DNA of 32,000 nt from Candidatus Saccharimonadota bacterium (lineage in GTDB: Bacteria; Patescibacteriota; Saccharimonadia; Saccharimonadales; Saccharimonadaceae), in assembly GCA_049296095.1 (NCBI GenBank), contig JBAQRV010000001.1, forward strand, positions 1 to 32,000. The letters run 5' to 3'. The position numbers and the translations under genes are program-made. The notes beneath the pieces were generated by a model. It was not told where the DNA came from. It searched no databases and saw only the letters and a list, made by a program, of their open reading frames with translations. Shown one piece after another: positions 29,356-32,000 of this stretch. Numbering within the stretch: position 1 is the first letter of the stretch; each line of letters starts with the position of its first letter.

Positions 29356-29367
29356 ACTCGAGAGTAT

Positions 29368-29443
29368 GCGGGTGTAGCTCAGCTGTTAGAGCGCGTCCTT
29401 GCCAAGGACGAGGCCCAGGGTTAGAGTCCCTGTACCCGCACCA
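29368..29443 (+). tRNA. tRNA-Gly (anticodon GCC), CCA encoded, noncanonical D-loop and T-loop
   Basis: Acceptor GCGGGTG/TACCCGC (G-U at 7:66), D-arm gctc-agctgtta-gagc, anticodon stem cgtcc/ggacg with loop ttGCCaa, T-arm caggg-ttagagt-ccctg. Total 76 nt. Confidence 0.85.
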
Positions 29444-29464
29444 CGAACGAAACCATCATTTTCT

Positions 29465-29494
29465 AAGAACCCATTCCAGGGTTCTTTTAGTTTT
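29465..29494 (+). terminator. tRNA-Gly terminator
   Basis: Stem aagaaccc/gggttctt, loop attcca, then ttagtttt. Confidence 0.6.
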
Positions 29495-29664
29495 GCAGAC
29501 ACCTTTGACCCCAATGATATTTATAGGACAGAGACATTCATCATTTGTGAGTTGGAGTATATCTCAAGCTTTACGTTCATCCATAAGGATGAACTTCCGT
29601 CATATTTTCGAGATATTATTACAACTGTCATGAACACGGTAAAAGCGGATTAAGCCCTTATTAG

Positions 29665-30378
29665 TTAGGCTATGTAATCGAGTAAGGCTTTCATGTTATT
29701 TAGGGAAGTATCAATAAAATCTTTCACTAACATATCTTTGAAATGTACCAGTTTTTTACTAGAAAGCTTTGGCTCTGAGGTTACTTCATTCCCGTTACTA
29801 GACCACCCGCTCGCTTGAACACCCGCACTCTCTGCGTGTTTGTAATCATTCCACAGTTCATTATATAGGTTTATGAAATAATCATAATCCAATGGCGTTG
29901 TTATACCTCTACCGTTTAACAGTTTTAGATAAGAGTTGAATGACATATTGTAGGTTGTTCCTTGACGTACGATAGCGGCTGATATGGTCGGGTGTTTTTG
30001 TGCTAAGAGCTTTACGAGTGGCTCGAGTATTCGGCAATAGTCATTTATAAAATGGCGTAAAGCAGGGCTTAGGTCATAGGTGGTGAAGCTACTATCTCCA
30101 GTCGAGCCTTTTGTACGAGCGTAAGGTCGGATACTTGCTTTCTCTGCGGCAGAACTAAAGTCATTCTCACCGTAGCCCTTTTTTACAAATTCTAATGCCA
30201 GAACGCGCTCTCGATGCAAGTGCCCCGTAACCTGCTTAGTTGAAGACTCGAAGTCTTCCCGACGAAAGAACATGCCATTTAGATTGCCTGCGTTGTGCTT
30301 TCCAGCACCGTTAAGCTTACCTGTAATGTAATTGAGTGTTGTGTATCTTGTTGTCACTGAGATGGTCTCGATTCTCAT
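29665..30378 (-). CDS. Hypothetical protein A of the tRNA-Gly-adjacent island (237 aa)
   Basis: Long ORF in AT-rich DNA. TATAAT (30390-30385 on the - strand) ends 6 nt before the ATG. No family recognised. Confidence 0.65.
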   Translation of the reverse strand: MRIETISVTTRYTTLNYITGKLNGAGKHNAGNLNGMFFRREDFESSTKQVTGHLHRERVLALEFVKKGYGENDFSSAAEKASIRPYARTKGSTGDSSFTTYDLSPALRHFINDYCRILEPLVKLLAQKHPTISAAIVRQGTTYNMSFNSYLKLLNGRGITTPLDYDYFINLYNELWNDYKHAESAGVQASGWSSNGNEVTSEPKLSSKKLVHFKDMLVKDFIDTSLNNMKALLDYIA

Positions 30379-30460
30379 TGGCTAATTATACAACTTGCTT
30401 GACCGAAGAAGTAACTTGGTTCTGTAGTGTGTGTATTGAGATTACATTTGATTAAGACAC

Positions 30461-30490
30461 TTAGCAACTTTTTCTTTAGTAGAATATAAT
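30461..30490 (+). promoter_or_regulatory. Promoter of island gene B (TTAGCA - 18 nt - TATAAT), leaderless-type
   Basis: ttagca at 30461-30466 and tataat at 30485-30490. ATG 30497 follows after 6 nt with no SD. Confidence 0.4.
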
Positions 30491-30496
30491 TAAATC

Positions 30497-31315
30497 ATGA
30501 CCCTAATATCACTTGCATATAATAGATTCGTTGTTGGTGTATCCACTGATACTCAACTAACTTACATTGATAGCGGAACTTCAGCTGGAGATGCGATAAA
30601 AAGCCTTTCTTTTCGCTGTGCAAATGGTAAGTTCCTCGCTGCATATACTGGTAATAACATTTTCCTCGAAGATGGGGTACATGTTGTCGATTGGGTGACT
30701 AACCTTCTAAGTAACGCTGACATTGGTAGTAAGAAAGTTGATGAAGTTATACAAGAAATAGTTCAAGGCTTGAACGAAAAACATTATATTAGCCAGCCAG
30801 CAGCGTTAATAATTCTTATCGCTGGTTGGCGAGAAAATAATAATATTGTCTATCGGATTACGAACATCGGGGAGGATGGAGACCTATCTCCTAAGCAAAC
30901 TTTTGAAGTATTTATGAGTGAAGACGAGAGTGGTGTTATTGTCGATGGCTCTATCAAGATAGGTATGGACGATAGTTTTGACACTAAGGTTGAGGCCGTA
31001 AGGGAATTGCTAAAATCAACAACACCAGAGAATTTCAGAGACATTATCGGTCCTGAGCTTTACAGTCTTAATCAGATTGCCCACAATCACCCAACCCAAG
31101 GTAAGTACATCGGTGAAAATACAATGTTCACGTTTATTCAGCCTGTGGGCGATGGGATGGACGCTTGGAGGTATCCTGAAGGACAAACAAAGTATATGCT
31201 ACCTAATTTCAGCAATGCAGCGATGTCAGTCAAGGGAATTGTCGTTCACAATGACCCCGTAGAGGGTGGAACAATACAGATGGACATCAAGGGCTGGCCT
31301 CCCCGTAAGGGTTAA
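30497..31315 (+). CDS. Island protein B: divergent HslV/proteasome-beta-like (Ntn hydrolase fold) protein with a C-terminal extension; family assignment tentative
   Basis: 272 aa. The N-terminus M|TLISLAYNRFVVGVSTDTQLT lines up with E. coli HslV [21 protein letters not shown] at Thr1, Asp17, Gln19 and Thr21. Lys34 lies next to the Lys33 position. KFLAAYTGN compares with KVIAGFAGG, followed by LIILIAGW..IVYRI and VIVDGSIKIG. Confidence 0.7.
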   Translation: MTLISLAYNRFVVGVSTDTQLTYIDSGTSAGDAIKSLSFRCANGKFLAAYTGNNIFLEDGVHVVDWVTNLLSNADIGSKKVDEVIQEIVQGLNEKHYISQPAALIILIAGWRENNNIVYRITNIGEDGDLSPKQTFEVFMSEDESGVIVDGSIKIGMDDSFDTKVEAVRELLKSTTPENFRDIIGPELYSLNQIAHNHPTQGKYIGENTMFTFIQPVGDGMDAWRYPEGQTKYMLPNFSNAAMSVKGIVVHNDPVEGGTIQMDIKGWPPRKG

Positions 31316-31317
31316 TA

Positions 31318-31968
31318 ATGGATTACTCATGGAAGCCTGACGGCCATAAGATTAAAGTTCAGGGTGTACCATATCAATGGCCATTAGCACTTAGAAACTT
31401 CGTACTACCTGTTAGACATCAGGATGGTTGGATTGAAAACAGTAAAAACGTGACCAATACTGGTTTGAGTGCGAGAGAATGGTTTGGACTGGTGGTACAC
31501 GCCGTAGCAATGTCAGATGTTAGTGGCGACGAGATTCTTGTGGCAACTGAAGACACGGGTGGCGATGGTGCTGTCGTTAGTGTCGAGAATGGTGAAAATA
31601 TGGCAGTGCTTGTTGAGCAAACCCTTGCGACCCACAAAGAAGATGGTGACTTACTTGATGTCATTAGGCGGAGGGTTAGAGCGAAGTCTTCTATGGGTGA
31701 AAATTATGCAGAGAATAAACATTTAGTTATTCTTTGTAATAACAACGGTGATTTAATCGAGAAAAAGTTAGCAAAGATTGTATCTATAGGGATGTTTGAT
31801 ATCGTGAATATCATCGGATTCCAAGATAATGAACAGGGAAGACACTTTTTGAGTTATATTTTTGATAAGGACGTGCCCAATAAAGCAATTCACAGGATGG
31901 TTATTGATGACAGTAAGCTATGGCAAGCTGCGATTGATATATTTGAAGAAGAACAGAAAGTAAAATAG
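31318..31968 (+). CDS. Island protein C (216 aa), tightly linked to B; function unknown
   Basis: The ATG lies 2 nt after the B stop, with AAGGG 6 nt upstream. No confident motif. Confidence 0.7.
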   Translation: MDYSWKPDGHKIKVQGVPYQWPLALRNFVLPVRHQDGWIENSKNVTNTGLSAREWFGLVVHAVAMSDVSGDEILVATEDTGGDGAVVSVENGENMAVLVEQTLATHKEDGDLLDVIRRRVRAKSSMGENYAENKHLVILCNNNGDLIEKKLAKIVSIGMFDIVNIIGFQDNEQGRHFLSYIFDKDVPNKAIHRMVIDDSKLWQAAIDIFEEEQKVK

Positions 31969-32000
31969 CTTTAAATTACACCGAGTCAATGTACGTCAAT

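Noticed and set aside
29399-29653. 84-aa + strand ORF starting inside tRNA-Gly
   Set aside because: Its first 15 codons are the tRNA itself and it runs through the tRNA terminator. There is no internal start with expression signals.
30280-30320. Possible P-loop in island protein A (GKLNGAGKH)
   Set aside because: The spacing does not fit GxxxxGK[ST] and His replaces Ser/Thr, so it is not a Walker A motif.
1-32000. Search for CRISPR arrays, rRNA, IS elements, transposases or integrases
   Set aside because: I saw no regularly spaced direct repeats, no rRNA-like conserved strings, and no ORF with transposase or integrase motifs. The only repeats found are the 13-bp direct repeat pair and the 21-nt coding heptad repeats.

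Overview
This is a compact, gene-dense bacterial chromosome segment with about 29 CDS, 4 tRNAs and many short or overlapping gene junctions. Gene content and architecture suggest a small-genome, Gram-positive-type lineage such as Patescibacteria/Saccharibacteria; this is inference and I cannot run a search. The housekeeping backbone is sbcB, uvrA, a CBM48-GH13 glucan enzyme, DedA, L25/Ctc, an ABC exporter, a DUF1801 protein, TrhO, an MMPL transporter, uvrC, a 512-aa type IV pilin-like protein with FN3 modules, an M24 aminopeptidase, a holin-4-family membrane protein, secG, an orphan family-5 solute-binding protein, typA, a GH37 trehalase, rarA and an SDR-type reductase. Two accessory spots stand out. 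(1) The 1.4-kb spacer between tRNA-Val and tRNA-Leu holds a GC-rich, GC3-biased foreign ORF bounded by 13-bp direct repeats of the tRNA-Val terminator 3' half. A free-standing LAGLIDADG homing endonuclease follows it, and the endonuclease ORF runs into the tRNA-Leu promoter and 5' end. (2) Downstream of a noncanonical tRNA-Gly (U19:A56 instead of G19:C56) lies an AT-richer stretch with three uncharacterised genes that continues off the right edge. One of these genes has an HslV/proteasome-beta-like Thr1/Asp17/Lys33-34 N-terminal signature. It has no ATPase partner in view and sits 2 nt upstream of a 216-aa gene of unknown function. This is my best candidate for an undescribed system, but function is not established. 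A recurring architecture, a TATAAT/TATACT box 6-11 nt upstream of the start codon seen about 10 times including in the island, suggests widespread leaderless mRNAs. No CRISPR array, rRNA, transposase or integrase is visible.
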